A stretch of 64,000 bases of DNA from Syntrophales bacterium (GTDB taxonomy: Bacteria > Desulfobacterota > Syntrophia > Syntrophales > UBA2210): contig CAXXKT010000001.1 in the NCBI GenBank assembly GCA_963662405.2, positions 832,001-896,000 of the forward strand, in the 5' to 3' direction. The position numbers were made by a program, and so were the translations under genes. Position 1 is the first letter of the stretch. Every line of letters begins with the position of its first letter. This document shows positions 21,007-31,920 of the stretch, piece by piece. Under the pieces are notes generated by a model. It was not told the origin of the DNA. It ran no database searches and saw nothing but the letters and a program-made list of their open reading frames with translations.

Positions 21007-23489
21007 TGCGGTATTCATCAATTGAAGATCTCCTCCCCCTCGTCCAGAAACCGGGTCGATATATCGGAGGAGAGATCAATTCCATACGCAAGGAGTGGTC
21101 TGCCTGCCGCCTGAGCTTTGCCCTTGCTTTCCCCGATACTTACGAGATCGGCATGTCGCATCTCGGTCTCCAGATCCTCTACGATATCCTGAACAGCGAT
21201 CCGGAGATTGCTGCCGAGCGTGTCTACGCCCCCTGGCCGGACATGGAAGAACTGATGCGTGAACATGGGATCCCCCTCGCGTCCCTGGAATCGGGGTCCC
21301 CGCTAGCCGATTTTGACGTTATCGGTTTTTCTCTGCAGTATGAATTGTCCTACACGAATGTCCTGAACATGCTGGATCTGGGGGGAGTGCCGCTCTATGC
21401 CGCGGAGAGAGGAGAGGGCGCCCCGATCCTCATCGCGGGGGGGCCGTGCGTCTTCAACCCCAAACCGGTTGCCCCCTTCTTCGATGCCTTTGTCATCGGC
21501 GAGGGGGAAGAGGTCATCTTAGAGATTGCCCGGGCCCTGATCGAGGGGACAGAGAAAGGATGCGGGCGCCCAGCCATCCTGAATCTCATCGCCGGGATCG
21601 ACGGGATCTGGGTTCCTTCCATTCATGGTAATGCCAAGAGGATACGGAAGCGGTCGGTGGCCGATCTGGAGCGGTGGCACGGACCGTCGCGGCCGATCGT
21701 CCCGATCGTCGGGACGGTCCACGATCGGATCACCCTGGAGGTAGCCCGGGGTTGCACCCGGGGTTGTCGCTTCTGCCAGGCGGGGATGGTCTGGCGACCG
21801 GTCAGGGAACGATCTCCCGGCACATTGGAAGAAATGGCGGAGCGAATGCTCACCTCGACGGGGTATGACGAACTCTCCCTCCTCTCTCTCAGCTCCGGCG
21901 ATTATACCTGTATCGAATATCTCCTGACCGCGCTCATGGATCGATATTCCGACAGCCGCGTTGCGATCGCTCTCCCCTCCCTGCGGGTGGAGACCCTTAC
22001 CGAACGATTGATTCATCAGATCAAACGTGTCCGCAAGACGAGTTTTACCCTCGCCCCGGAGGCGGGGACACAGCGACTGCGTGACATCATCAACAAGGGG
22101 AACACCGAGGAGGCGCTCCTAGAAACCGCGCGGACGGTATTCGACGCGGGGTGGAAATCGATCAAGCTCTACTTCATGATCGGTCTTCCCTCTGAGACAC
22201 AGGAGGATCTCCAGGGGATCGTCGACCTCGCTTATAAAGTACTGAAGGCAGGGCAGAGTAAGAGACAGGTGACCGTCAGCATATCGACCTTCGTGCCCAA
22301 ACCATTCACCCCCTTCCAGTGGCACCGCCAGATCACCATTGATGAGACTCGGGAGAAACAGACCTTTTTCAAGCAGAACATCCGTCACCGGAACCTCCAG
22401 CTCAAGTGGCATGACCGTGAGATGAGTTTTCTGGAAGGTCTCCTGGCACGGGGGGACGAACGCATGGCCAAGCTCATCGAGCGGGCCTTTCGCGCGGGGT
22501 GCCGTTTCGACGGCTGGAGCGACCGGTTCCAATTCGATATCTGGCAACGGATCATCGATGAGATGGGGATCGATACGACGGGATATCTTGCCGAGAGGAG
22601 CATAGACGATTCGCTCCCCTGGGATACGATCGACTGTGGTGTGGATAAGGACTTTCTCGCGGAAGAGTACGAAAAGGCAGTGACGGGACGTTTGACGGGT
22701 GATTGCCGCACGGAGGGGTGTCATGATTGCGGGGTCTGTTCCGCAGGACTGGAGATGATCACCACCGAAGAGCCTCGCGCCGCCGCATCCCCCCAAAGCC
22801 GGAGGGGATTCGCCCCCGGAGAGGTGATTTCACGGCTCAGGATACAATTTGCCAAGCAGGGGAAGGCGTCCTTTCTGTCACACTTTGAGCTTTCCTCCGC
22901 GCTGGTGCGGTCGATTACCGTCAGCGGATTTTCATTTGCGTTTTCCGATGGATTCCATCCCCACCCGAAAATATCGTTTCCCTACGCCCTCCCGGTCGGG
23001 ATTGAAAGCCAGTGTGAATACGTCGACATCCAACTCCGGGGATACCGGGAATCACCGGAAGAATTCATCCGCAGGGTAAATCGGTATCTCCCCGCAGGAC
23101 TCGCGATCATCAGGGCGGAGCTGCTTCCCCCCTACGCCCAATCGCTGGCCACCCTCATCGAGGGCTTTGATTACCGGATGTATCTGCCGGATGTTCCCCT
23201 TACCGGGCTTGCCGAGAGAATACACGCATTCCTCTCTGCGGATACCTTCCCGGTAACCCGGCACAAAAAGGGGGTCGCCACCATCAGAGACATTCGTCCT
23301 TTGGTAACCTCCCTCACCCTTGATACCCAGGAGACCGTGCTTTCCGCATCGACACGCTTTGATCCCGCCGGTGGAGTCAAGCCGGTGGAGATACTGACGC
23401 ACGTTCTGGGATACGATAAACGATCAGCCCAGGGAGCCTGGATCGTCAAAACGCACATTCGCAGAAAAGAGACCAGGGGAGACCGTTAA
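21006..23489 (+). CDS. TIGR03960 radical SAM protein fused to a TIGR03936/DUF2344 domain
   Basis: FPDTYEIGMSHLG, CTRGCRFC, C-terminal GFHPHPKISF. Confidence 0.92.
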   Translation: MRYSSIEDLLPLVQKPGRYIGGEINSIRKEWSACRLSFALAFPDTYEIGMSHLGLQILYDILNSDPEIAAERVYAPWPDMEELMREHGIPLASLESGSPLADFDVIGFSLQYELSYTNVLNMLDLGGVPLYAAERGEGAPILIAGGPCVFNPKPVAPFFDAFVIGEGEEVILEIARALIEGTEKGCGRPAILNLIAGIDGIWVPSIHGNAKRIRKRSVADLERWHGPSRPIVPIVGTVHDRITLEVARGCTRGCRFCQAGMVWRPVRERSPGTLEEMAERMLTSTGYDELSLLSLSSGDYTCIEYLLTALMDRYSDSRVAIALPSLRVETLTERLIHQIKRVRKTSFTLAPEAGTQRLRDIINKGNTEEALLETARTVFDAGWKSIKLYFMIGLPSETQEDLQGIVDLAYKVLKAGQSKRQVTVSISTFVPKPFTPFQWHRQITIDETREKQTFFKQNIRHRNLQLKWHDREMSFLEGLLARGDERMAKLIERAFRAGCRFDGWSDRFQFDIWQRIIDEMGIDTTGYLAERSIDDSLPWDTIDCGVDKDFLAEEYEKAVTGRLTGDCRTEGCHDCGVCSAGLEMITTEEPRAAASPQSRRGFAPGEVISRLRIQFAKQGKASFLSHFELSSALVRSITVSGFSFAFSDGFHPHPKISFPYALPVGIESQCEYVDIQLRGYRESPEEFIRRVNRYLPAGLAIIRAELLPPYAQSLATLIEGFDYRMYLPDVPLTGLAERIHAFLSADTFPVTRHKKGVATIRDIRPLVTSLTLDTQETVLSASTRFDPAGGVKPVEILTHVLGYDKRSAQGAWIVKTHIRRKETRGDR

Positions 23490-23528
23490 CGGTAGTGCCA
23501 TCTGCGCACCATATGAAAGAAAGGGATA

Positions 23529-25031
23529 ATGGCAAAAGAGATTATATTTAACTGCACCGGATATGAAACCCGCATCGCGATCCTTGAGAATCGGGAACTG
23601 ACGAATTTCTATGTGGAGCGGGTCGATGAACGGTCGATAGCCGGAAATATCTATAAGGGAAAAGTGGTCCGCATTGTCCCGGGAATCCAGGCCGCATTTG
23701 TTGATATCGGGATCGAAAGGACCGCGTTTTTGTACGTGGCGAATGCCTGCGATCAGTATTCGGAGAAACTGGACTTCTGCACAAACGGGGAGGATGATCC
23801 CATAGAATACACACCGGGGATCCAGACCCGTCCCATGGAGGACATCCTCCAGGAGGGACAGGAGATCCTCGTTCAGATATCCAAGGAGCCACTGGGAACC
23901 AAAGGTGCACGGGTCACGACGCATCTGTCACTCCCCGGGAGAAATCTTGTCTTGATGCCCACCTCTCGCCACTGTGGTATCTCCCGGAGAATCACGGATG
24001 AGGATGAGCGCGAGCGATTGCGGGAGGCCATAGAACAGTTGCGGCCCGAAGAATACGGATTCATCGCACGAACCGCCAGCGAGGGGAAACAGGAAACGGA
24101 TCTCAAGAAAGACATCGAGTATCTGAGCGCGCTGTGGGACACCATCAGGGATAAAGAACGACGCACCGGTGCTCCCGGGTTGGTCCACCGGGAACTGAGC
24201 ATGACCCTCCGCGCGGTTCGCGACCTCTACACCGAAGACATCGAGCGGATCGTCATCGATTCGGAAGAAGAATATCACCAGACAATCGAATTCATCGACC
24301 GTTTCATGCCGCACCTGCGAGACGCGGTCGATCTGTACCGGGACACGGTTCCCATCTTCGATCATTTCGGCATCGAGCTGGATATGACCCGGATGCTCCA
24401 CAAGAAGGTATGGCTGAAGTCGGGAGGATATATCGTTATCGAAGAGACGGAGGCCCTCTGCGCGATCGATGTCAATACCGGGAAATATGTGGGGAAAAAG
24501 AACATGGAGGAGACGATCCTCAAGACCAATCTAGAGGCCGTCAAGGAGATCGCCCACCAGCTCCGCATACGCAATATCGGGGGGATTATCATTATCGATT
24601 TCATCGATATGGAGATCGAGCGGAATCGTGAAACGGTCTTTGACGCACTGAAGACTGAAATGGACAAGGACCGGAACAAGACCAACATACAGAAGATATC
24701 GGAGATCGGTCTTATCGAGATGACCCGTCAGCGGAGACGGAAATCTCTGAGTGACACCATCTGCGAAACATGCCCCTATTGCTCGGGACGGGGGAATATC
24801 AAATCCAGGACAAGCGTTTGTTACGAGGTGTTCAGGGAAATCGAGCGGGAGGCAGCTTATGGAAGCGCCGGGACGATATGTGTCATCGCTCACCCTGAAG
24901 TGGCCAAGCTTCTCCTCGAAGATGAAAACACGGCGCTGAAAAACCTGGAGGAAAAAGCGGGCAGAAAAATTCTCGTCGAGATAGACAACAGTTTTCACCA
25001 GGAGCACTTCGAGATCATCTCGGTGCTCTAG
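23529..25031 (+). CDS. rng: Ribonuclease G (Rne/Rng family)
   Basis: S1 domain GNIYKGKV, IDVNTG, GGIIIIDFIDM, CPYC. Confidence 0.93.
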   Translation: MAKEIIFNCTGYETRIAILENRELTNFYVERVDERSIAGNIYKGKVVRIVPGIQAAFVDIGIERTAFLYVANACDQYSEKLDFCTNGEDDPIEYTPGIQTRPMEDILQEGQEILVQISKEPLGTKGARVTTHLSLPGRNLVLMPTSRHCGISRRITDEDERERLREAIEQLRPEEYGFIARTASEGKQETDLKKDIEYLSALWDTIRDKERRTGAPGLVHRELSMTLRAVRDLYTEDIERIVIDSEEEYHQTIEFIDRFMPHLRDAVDLYRDTVPIFDHFGIELDMTRMLHKKVWLKSGGYIVIEETEALCAIDVNTGKYVGKKNMEETILKTNLEAVKEIAHQLRIRNIGGIIIIDFIDMEIERNRETVFDALKTEMDKDRNKTNIQKISEIGLIEMTRQRRRKSLSDTICETCPYCSGRGNIKSRTSVCYEVFREIEREAAYGSAGTICVIAHPEVAKLLLEDENTALKNLEEKAGRKILVEIDNSFHQEHFEIISVL

Positions 25032-25186
25032 CAATACGAGATGTCACCAGTTTCCATTCCATTGTGATGTGCCAGACCCTCCCGCCATCTCACAAGAAAT
25101 TAGCGCGGATAAGATAACCCAACGGTTGTCACCAGTTATCCCTCACGACCCTTCTTGGCAGCCACGATCTTGTCGGCGCCGTCATT

Positions 25187-26851
25187 TTAATTGATGCCGG
25201 TGATGGTACCGTCATCGTCGATGTCAATGTTGTAGGCCGCAGGCACCTTCGCCAGACCGGGCATGCGCAGGATACCCCCCGTAATGGGGATGAGGAACCC
25301 GGCGCCGGCGGCGATCTTGATTTCCCGGACCGTCACGACGAAATTGGACGGCAGGCCGAGGAGAGACGGATTGTCCGACAGGGATTGTTGGGTCTTGGCG
25401 ATACAGACGGGCAGTTTATCGTAACCGAATTTCTTGATCAGTTCGAGGTCGCGCTTGGCCTGCGGCTGATAATCGACGGAGACGGCGCCGTAAATTTCAC
25501 TGGCAACGGTAAAGATCTTGTCTTCCGCCGGCCTGTTCCATTCATAGAGAGGGCGGTACGAGCCGGTCATGCCGGCGGCAAGACGGGCCGTCTTCTCCGC
25601 CAGCTCGATGCCCCCTTCGCCGCCTGAACGGAAGATATCGGCCACGGCGATGTTCATCCCCTCATCTTCCGCAGCGTCGACAACGGCCTGGATTTCTTCA
25701 TCCGAATCGTCGGCGAAACGGTTCAGGGCAATGATGCACTCGGTCTTGAACTTGCCGATGTTTTCATAATGCTTGCGCAGATTGGCCATGCCGAGAACGG
25801 CGAGACGGGGGTTGGACCGGTTCAGTTCTTCGCGGTCCACGCCGGCGTGATATTTCAGGGCCCGCACCGTCGCAACGAGGACAACGACCTTGGGATTCAG
25901 TTGGCCGTAAGGGGCGACGATATCGAAAAATTTCTCCGCACCCAGATCGAAGCCGAAGCCCGCTTCGGTCACGACAAAGTCACCCAAACGCTGGGCGAGG
26001 TCTGTGCCGATGATGCTGCTGGTTCCCTGGGCGATATTGGCGAAGGGGCCGCCATGGATAATCGCCGGAGTCCCTTCCATCGTCTGGACGAGGTTGGGGA
26101 GAAGCGCGTGCTTCAGCAGGGCCGTCGCGGCACCTTCGACCTTCAGTTCCTGCGCCAGGACGGGTGCGTTATCATAGGTCATCCCCATCAGGATCCGGCC
26201 GATCTTTTCTTTCAATTCTCTATAGGAGCGGGAGAGGCAGAGAATGGCCATGATTTCGCTGGATGGGACGATATCGAAACCCGTCTCGCGGGGAACGCCG
26301 CTCGCCGTCCCGCCGAGCCCGATGACCATATTCCGCAGAGACCGGTCGTTCATGTCAACAACCCGGCGCCAGACGGCCTTGCGGGGATCGATGTTCAGAG
26401 GATTCCCGTGAAAAATGGTATTATCCAGGATGGCGGCGAGGAGGTTATGGGCGCTTTCGATTGCCGGAAAGTCATTCGTGAAATGGAGGTTGATCTCATC
26501 GGCCGGAAGGATCAGGGATCGGCCGCCGCCGGTTGCGCCGCCCTTGATGCCGAAGACGGGGCCGAGGGAGGGCTCCCGCAGGGCAACGATGGCCTGTTTG
26601 CCGATACGGTTGAGGGCCTGGGCCAGGCCGATAGAAACGGTGGTTTTTCCTTCTCCGGCCGGTGTCGGCGTCATGGCGGATACCAGAATCAATGAGGATT
26701 CGGGGCGCCGTTCGAATCGTTTGATCGTCTCCAGGCGGACCTTGGCCTTGTAGCGGCCGTAAAACTCTAAATCATCTTCCGTGAGGCCGATCGATTCGGC
26801 AACCTCGACGATATGCTTCATCGTGTGCTTGTTGGTGTTGCTCCTTGGCAT
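25187..26851 (-). CDS. fhs: Formate--tetrahydrofolate ligase
   Basis: TPAGEGKTT, GIKGGATGGG, HGGPFANIA, TEAGFG. Confidence 0.96.
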   Translation of the reverse strand: MPRSNTNKHTMKHIVEVAESIGLTEDDLEFYGRYKAKVRLETIKRFERRPESSLILVSAMTPTPAGEGKTTVSIGLAQALNRIGKQAIVALREPSLGPVFGIKGGATGGGRSLILPADEINLHFTNDFPAIESAHNLLAAILDNTIFHGNPLNIDPRKAVWRRVVDMNDRSLRNMVIGLGGTASGVPRETGFDIVPSSEIMAILCLSRSYRELKEKIGRILMGMTYDNAPVLAQELKVEGAATALLKHALLPNLVQTMEGTPAIIHGGPFANIAQGTSSIIGTDLAQRLGDFVVTEAGFGFDLGAEKFFDIVAPYGQLNPKVVVLVATVRALKYHAGVDREELNRSNPRLAVLGMANLRKHYENIGKFKTECIIALNRFADDSDEEIQAVVDAAEDEGMNIAVADIFRSGGEGGIELAEKTARLAAGMTGSYRPLYEWNRPAEDKIFTVASEIYGAVSVDYQPQAKRDLELIKKFGYDKLPVCIAKTQQSLSDNPSLLGLPSNFVVTVREIKIAAGAGFLIPITGGILRMPGLAKVPAAYNIDIDDDGTITGIN

Positions 26852-26860
26852 AACTGTGTC

Positions 26861-27400
26861 TTATTTTTCAATGACCGCATTGAAGCGGATGTCGATGTTG
26901 TATTCATCGCTGATCCGGGAAAACTCTTTTTTCAGGTCAAGGATCTTGACACCCGGTGTCAGTGAAAAGTAACAGGTTGTGTGAAAGACATTGGCGCCCG
27001 TCACCAGATTGCTATCCACGTTGCTCTCTATATCATCGATATTGATGCCTTTATCAAACAAGGCCTTGCAGATCTGATGGATAATCCCAGGACGATCGGC
27101 GGCGATGGCCATGAGCTTATAGGGGATAGAGGGAGGCGCCTCGCGATGACTGGGGGCTTTGGTCTTACGCACGTGAATATCCAACCCTGTCATCTCACGG
27201 AGGACGTCGATATCGGCAACAAATTTTTCAATGTCCTCCGTCCCGCCTGATGTCAGGATGATCATGGCGAATTCGTTGCCCAGGACACACCCCCGGGAGC
27301 GTTCGATATTGATACCACGGGCCGTAAAAAACTCGGAGATTTCCTTGGCCAGACCGGGACTATCCGTTCCCATGAAGGAAAAAGCGACATATGATCTCAT
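26861..27400 (-). CDS. Tandem-ACT GcvR-like protein
   Basis: Two ACT repeats (GTDSPGL, ADRPGII). Confidence 0.85.
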   Translation of the reverse strand: MRSYVAFSFMGTDSPGLAKEISEFFTARGINIERSRGCVLGNEFAMIILTSGGTEDIEKFVADIDVLREMTGLDIHVRKTKAPSHREAPPSIPYKLMAIAADRPGIIHQICKALFDKGINIDDIESNVDSNLVTGANVFHTTCYFSLTPGVKILDLKKEFSRISDEYNIDIRFNAVIEK

Positions 27401-27914
27401 CGGGCGGCTCCTTTCATCTGCTTGATATCAATCAGCCTACGATTGGGGGATTATTTTTACCTGTTTATTTATACCAATAGCAAGTAAAATATGGGTGTTT
27501 CTCGTTTTCTCAAAGGAAATAAGGCAACTGTCATCGACCGTGTCGGAGGCGTTCTCTCTCGTCCGATAACTCCCGAAGAGGTTATTCACCGGCGTTCTTC
27601 CGAAACCGCATACGAGACGGGGTCAGGTCTCAAGGGCAGATGACGCGACGGGAAACACATCATGCGACAGCCTCTTCCGCGCCGTCGCATAGGCCTGAAA
27701 GTTCCGTACTGGTTAAAGAAACGGTAACGGGCGGTCCCTTGTCACCTGTCCTCATAAACGGGGAAGCCATCTCTCTCAGGCGGGCAAGATCTGAAGAGAA
27801 TACATACCAATTACATGGAATGAAGACACACCACCCCCGGCCACTGCTGAACGAGCAAGGCCGGGAACGTGGGTTTCAATCAGAGGGTCAAATCATGTGT
27901 GATGGATGATACGG

Positions 27915-28415
27915 TCAAACCAACCGCACCTTCCGTCTGAGATAGAAGATGCTGCAGCCTGCCAACAGCATCGCAAAGATCATGATCCCCCATTGGTTCA
28001 ATGTGGGGATAGGAGCCGGGGCCGCCACGATGATTTCCAACTGACACGAGTCGGTTTCCGTATCCGGTCAGTCATCGTCCGTTGCGCTAATGGTAATCCA
28101 ATACGTCCCCGGAGATACTGTGCTGGCAACGGTGACTGTTGCGGTTCGAGAATCAGCCCAAGTCGCCATTGGCGGATTGATATTGCCGAAGGTTATTCCG
28201 GCCGGCAGCGCGCCTGTTGAAAAATCTTCAATATCGCTGTTATTATCGCTCACAGCGGAGACGTTGTGTGTGCCACCGACACCTGTGACCACATTCATGG
28301 GACTGTTGCACGTCACTGTTGGTGACGCGTCGACCTGTTGCGGCATCAGTATGACAGCGGTGAATAAAAGCAAGACTGTCAACACCCCGCACCTCGAAAA
28401 AAATTCTCTGACCAT
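27915..28415 (-). CDS. IPTL-CTERM surface protein interrupted by an in-frame TGA (pseudogene or readthrough)
   Basis: Signal peptide and Ig-like domain, TGA at 28068-28070, then in frame PDTETDSCQLEIIVAAPAPIPTLNQWGIMIFAMLLAGCSIFYLRRKVRLV*. Confidence 0.85.
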
Positions 28416-28742
28416 TTTTCTCTCCTATGTTGTGGTTGAAAGAACGTTGCCTTCAATGACACTGAAACGGGACTCTCAGAGTTGAGATAAGGAAAATTGA
28501 TAGCAGTATTGGGGACATGGGTCAAGACGTTGATGCCGAGGCACGATCCATACGGACAGTGACAATGGAACACATCCGTCGGTTGCCGTTGCACTGTCCG
28601 CTCTTCCCCTGCCGCCGGGAAGATTCGTCGTGCATAAAAGATCTCTGATGAATCGGTCAATAAACATTTGCATCCTGACGGTTTTCTGTAGTAGCTATCG
28701 TTCTCATCCTGTGACAACAGAATTCACGCAAGGAGATCGACG

Positions 28743-30149
28743 ATGCATTTTCCCTCTCTTCCGGACGCGTTTTTCAGGCCCCGCTCGATAGCGATCATCG
28801 GCGCGACAAAGAAAGCGGGGTTCGGCAGCGGCATTCCCGCTTTTCTCAAACGGCACGGATACGGCGACCGGATCTACCTGATCAATCCCCGCGAAACGGA
28901 AATAGAAGGACTCCCCGTCTACCGGCGTGTCACCGATGTCCCCCATCACATCGACCTCGCCATCATCATCGTGCCGAGAGAACACGCATACGGTGTGATC
29001 CGGGACTGCCTCGAAAAGGAGATTCGCGCCATCATCCTCGAATCGGCGGGATTCGGCGAGACGGGACCCGAAGGCGCGGCCCTCGAAAGGGATATCAGGG
29101 AACTCCTCCGGGGTACCGGGACACGTCTGATCGGCCCCAACTGCGTGGGACTGATCAATCCCCACGACCGCTTCGCATCCACGGAGGTGGCCTTTGGCGA
29201 AATCCGTCCGGGGAACATAGGGGTCATCGCCCAGAGTGGGGTGTTCGGCAATATCGTCGCCGACTGGGCGCCCAGCCAGGATCTTGCCCTGAGCACGCTG
29301 GTGACGATCGGCAATCGTATCGACGTCGATGAGGCGGATATGCTCTATCACTTCGGCGCCGATGAGAGGACCGATGTTATTGTCCTCTATCTGGAAGGCG
29401 CGAAAGACGGCCGGCGATTCATGCAGGCGGCCCGGGACGTGTCTCTGAAGAAGCCGGTCCTCATATATAAGAGCGGCAGGACGGAAGTGGGGAAACGGGC
29501 CACGGCATCTCACACGGGAAGCATGAGCGGTGACGATGTTCTCTATGATGCCTTCTTCCGCCAGTCCGGTGTTGTCAGGGCATCGACCTTTCAGGAACTC
29601 TTCGACCTTGCCCGTGTCTTTTCACGCGAACCGCTGATGAAGGGCCCCAATATATCGGTGGTTACCGCCTCGGGTTCGCTCGGTGTCATGGTCGCCGACG
29701 CCGCCGTTCGGCGTGGCCTGCACTTTCCCGAGCTGGGAAACGATACCGTGGCGGCGATCCAAGCTCAGGCCCCCGCGTGGATGAACGTCAAAAACCCCCT
29801 CGACGTCGGACCGTCCTGGATCTTCGGGGTTGCCCTCGAAGCGGCCCTCAGGGATGCACGGGTCGACGGTGTCATCGCCGTTCCGGTGATGCCGGGGACC
29901 ATCATCAAATCGTATGTGGAGGCGGGGTTCGATCCGGCCCTCATGTACGGTGAAGCCGAGAAGATCCGAAAGGCCATGCCGGGCAAACCGGCGCTCGTCT
30001 ACACGGTGGGGAGCGATTTCTGGGTCCGGCTCGTCAAGGACCTGTTCGGCCCTCATCTGACGGTGATGAGTTCACCCGAAACGGCGGCAAAGGCGCTCTG
30101 GGCGCTGTACCGGTACCACCGGTTTCGGGACAAGGCGGCACGGGGGTGA
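28743..30149 (+). CDS. Acyl-CoA synthetase (NDP-forming) alpha-type subunit
   Basis: PRSIAIIGA, IGPNCVG, AQSG, ASHTGS, NPLD. Confidence 0.9.
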   Translation: MHFPSLPDAFFRPRSIAIIGATKKAGFGSGIPAFLKRHGYGDRIYLINPRETEIEGLPVYRRVTDVPHHIDLAIIIVPREHAYGVIRDCLEKEIRAIILESAGFGETGPEGAALERDIRELLRGTGTRLIGPNCVGLINPHDRFASTEVAFGEIRPGNIGVIAQSGVFGNIVADWAPSQDLALSTLVTIGNRIDVDEADMLYHFGADERTDVIVLYLEGAKDGRRFMQAARDVSLKKPVLIYKSGRTEVGKRATASHTGSMSGDDVLYDAFFRQSGVVRASTFQELFDLARVFSREPLMKGPNISVVTASGSLGVMVADAAVRRGLHFPELGNDTVAAIQAQAPAWMNVKNPLDVGPSWIFGVALEAALRDARVDGVIAVPVMPGTIIKSYVEAGFDPALMYGEAEKIRKAMPGKPALVYTVGSDFWVRLVKDLFGPHLTVMSSPETAAKALWALYRYHRFRDKAARG

Positions 30150-30251
30150 TCCCTGCTGTTTTACCGGATACGGACCTCTTGTGCCGTACCGGTAAATGAT
30201 GCACAATATCCCCGTATTGTGCGAATGTCATGCCATAAAGGAGGAGAATCT

Positions 30252-30740
30252 GTGAAGACCGTGAATCCCAGCCATGTGAAAGCGGTCCTTGATCTGATCA
30301 ACAACGGACCCTATTTCCGGTTGCTGTCGATGAACGTCTCCGCAATGGGAGCCGGATTCTCCCGTGTTGATCTGGATCTCGCGAACGAACACCTGAATCC
30401 CTTCGGCGGCGTTCACGGGGGTGTATATTCATCCCTGATCGACACGGCCGCCTATTGGGCGGTGTACTGTGACATAGAAGAGGACAGCGGATTGATCTCG
30501 CTCGACCTGCACGTTGACAACCTGACCCCGGTTCAGGAAGGACATCTCGTGGTCGAAGGAAAGAGGATAAAAGTCGGGAAGAACATATGCCTGGCTGAAG
30601 CTGCTGTGATCGACAGCGAAGGCAGATATCTCGCTCACGGGACGTCCAAACAGATGGTGGTTCCCGGGTTGCAAAGCATGGCCGCAGCCGTATCGGCTAT
30701 GGGCTGTGAACCGTTACCCCCCAAGTTCATCACACAATGA
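30252..30740 (+). CDS. PaaI family thioesterase
   Basis: NPFGGVHGG...D; GAGGAG RBS before a GTG start. Confidence 0.9.
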   Translation: MKTVNPSHVKAVLDLINNGPYFRLLSMNVSAMGAGFSRVDLDLANEHLNPFGGVHGGVYSSLIDTAAYWAVYCDIEEDSGLISLDLHVDNLTPVQEGHLVVEGKRIKVGKNICLAEAAVIDSEGRYLAHGTSKQMVVPGLQSMAAAVSAMGCEPLPPKFITQ

Positions 30741-30785
30741 GACCACAAAGAGGGCACAACAGCCACGTGTCCCTTATTCATGTTG

Positions 30786-31880
30786 TTACCTGCTGAGACC
30801 TGAACCCTTTTGATGGGGGCGTATTTTGAAATCCCTGGCGGTGACGCCCGGTGCCAGATACCGGCGCCAGAAGGGCAGGCGCGTGAGGGAGAGCCGGACA
30901 AAGAAGTAATTGAACGGCCGGAACCGAGTGAGCCCCTGCACCAACCGGTACACAAGAAACATGATGCTGAGAATAACCCACGCCCTGACAAGGACCATGA
31001 TCTGCGTTTTCGAGATGATGGCGGTTGTTGACGGCACGAGGTTTACCATGAGGGATATGACACCGGGGAAGAGGAGACCGTACAGCACGTACGCCGTTAC
31101 GGCCGTAAAGGTATGCGACACCTGGATCGCCTTCTTCGGACATATGTTGATACAGCGCATGCAGCTTTCGCAGTGGAAGGTCCAGAAGGGGCGCCCGTTT
31201 TTCATCTTCAGGGCATTGACGGGGCAGTTGCTCTCGCAGAGGCCGCAGCCGTCACACTCCAACGTCGCGAAGTACATCTTGGCCAGCCAGAACCGTCCCA
31301 CGAGCATGTACCCCACGGAAATCGGAGTCACCAGCAGATCGAAGGGAAGAGAGATAATGCCGCGGAACGCGACTCCGCCCGACAGGAGGGAGGCCGCGTA
31401 CCGTTCGACCTTATTCCGGCAGTGATCGGCCAGCGAGGCAACCGCCGCAAGGGTGAGACCGGGATGCAGCGATATCCAGTTTGAGGGAAGGTTGAGGGAA
31501 ACGAGCCCGCGCACCCGGCAGCCCTTCAGGAAGAACAGAAAAGCGGGCAGGATCAGGGCGAGACCGGAGAGCCCGGGGAGATGCAGCTTGCCGATCTTGG
31601 TCCCGCCGAATGTGTTGAGGCAGAATATGTCCCGCCTCCCCCGCGGGAATGCCAGCATGAATTTCAGCATGTACCAGGGCAGACTGAATCCGTGGGTGGG
31701 GTAGAAAAACCCGATGAGAGTCCCTTCTCCGCCGGAAACGTGCAACGGTTTCCTGAACCGATCTATCGGAATAATATCCGTTGTCAAACCCTGCATCCGC
31801 GCGCGTTCGGCGAACCACCGTGCCGCGACGAGGGCGTTGCCGGTTCCGGAAAGACAGTAGATGATCAGATGTTTGTACAT
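30786..31880 (-). CDS. EFR1 family flavodoxin-ferredoxin
   Basis: SGTGN; CDGCGLCESNCP and CESCMRCINICP. Confidence 0.9.
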   Translation of the reverse strand: MYKHLIIYCLSGTGNALVAARWFAERARMQGLTTDIIPIDRFRKPLHVSGGEGTLIGFFYPTHGFSLPWYMLKFMLAFPRGRRDIFCLNTFGGTKIGKLHLPGLSGLALILPAFLFFLKGCRVRGLVSLNLPSNWISLHPGLTLAAVASLADHCRNKVERYAASLLSGGVAFRGIISLPFDLLVTPISVGYMLVGRFWLAKMYFATLECDGCGLCESNCPVNALKMKNGRPFWTFHCESCMRCINICPKKAIQVSHTFTAVTAYVLYGLLFPGVISLMVNLVPSTTAIISKTQIMVLVRAWVILSIMFLVYRLVQGLTRFRPFNYFFVRLSLTRLPFWRRYLAPGVTARDFKIRPHQKGSGLSR

Positions 31881-31920
31881 AAAATGACAGCGACATGCTC
31901 GGATCACTAAACCGCTTAAG

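Noticed and set aside
28570..28640. c-di-GMP-II riboswitch upstream of the IPTL-CTERM gene (AGTGCAAC...GCAACCGAC on the minus strand)
   Set aside because: Only fragments of the consensus are present and I could not build the kink-turn/pseudoknot; a cmscan would settle it.
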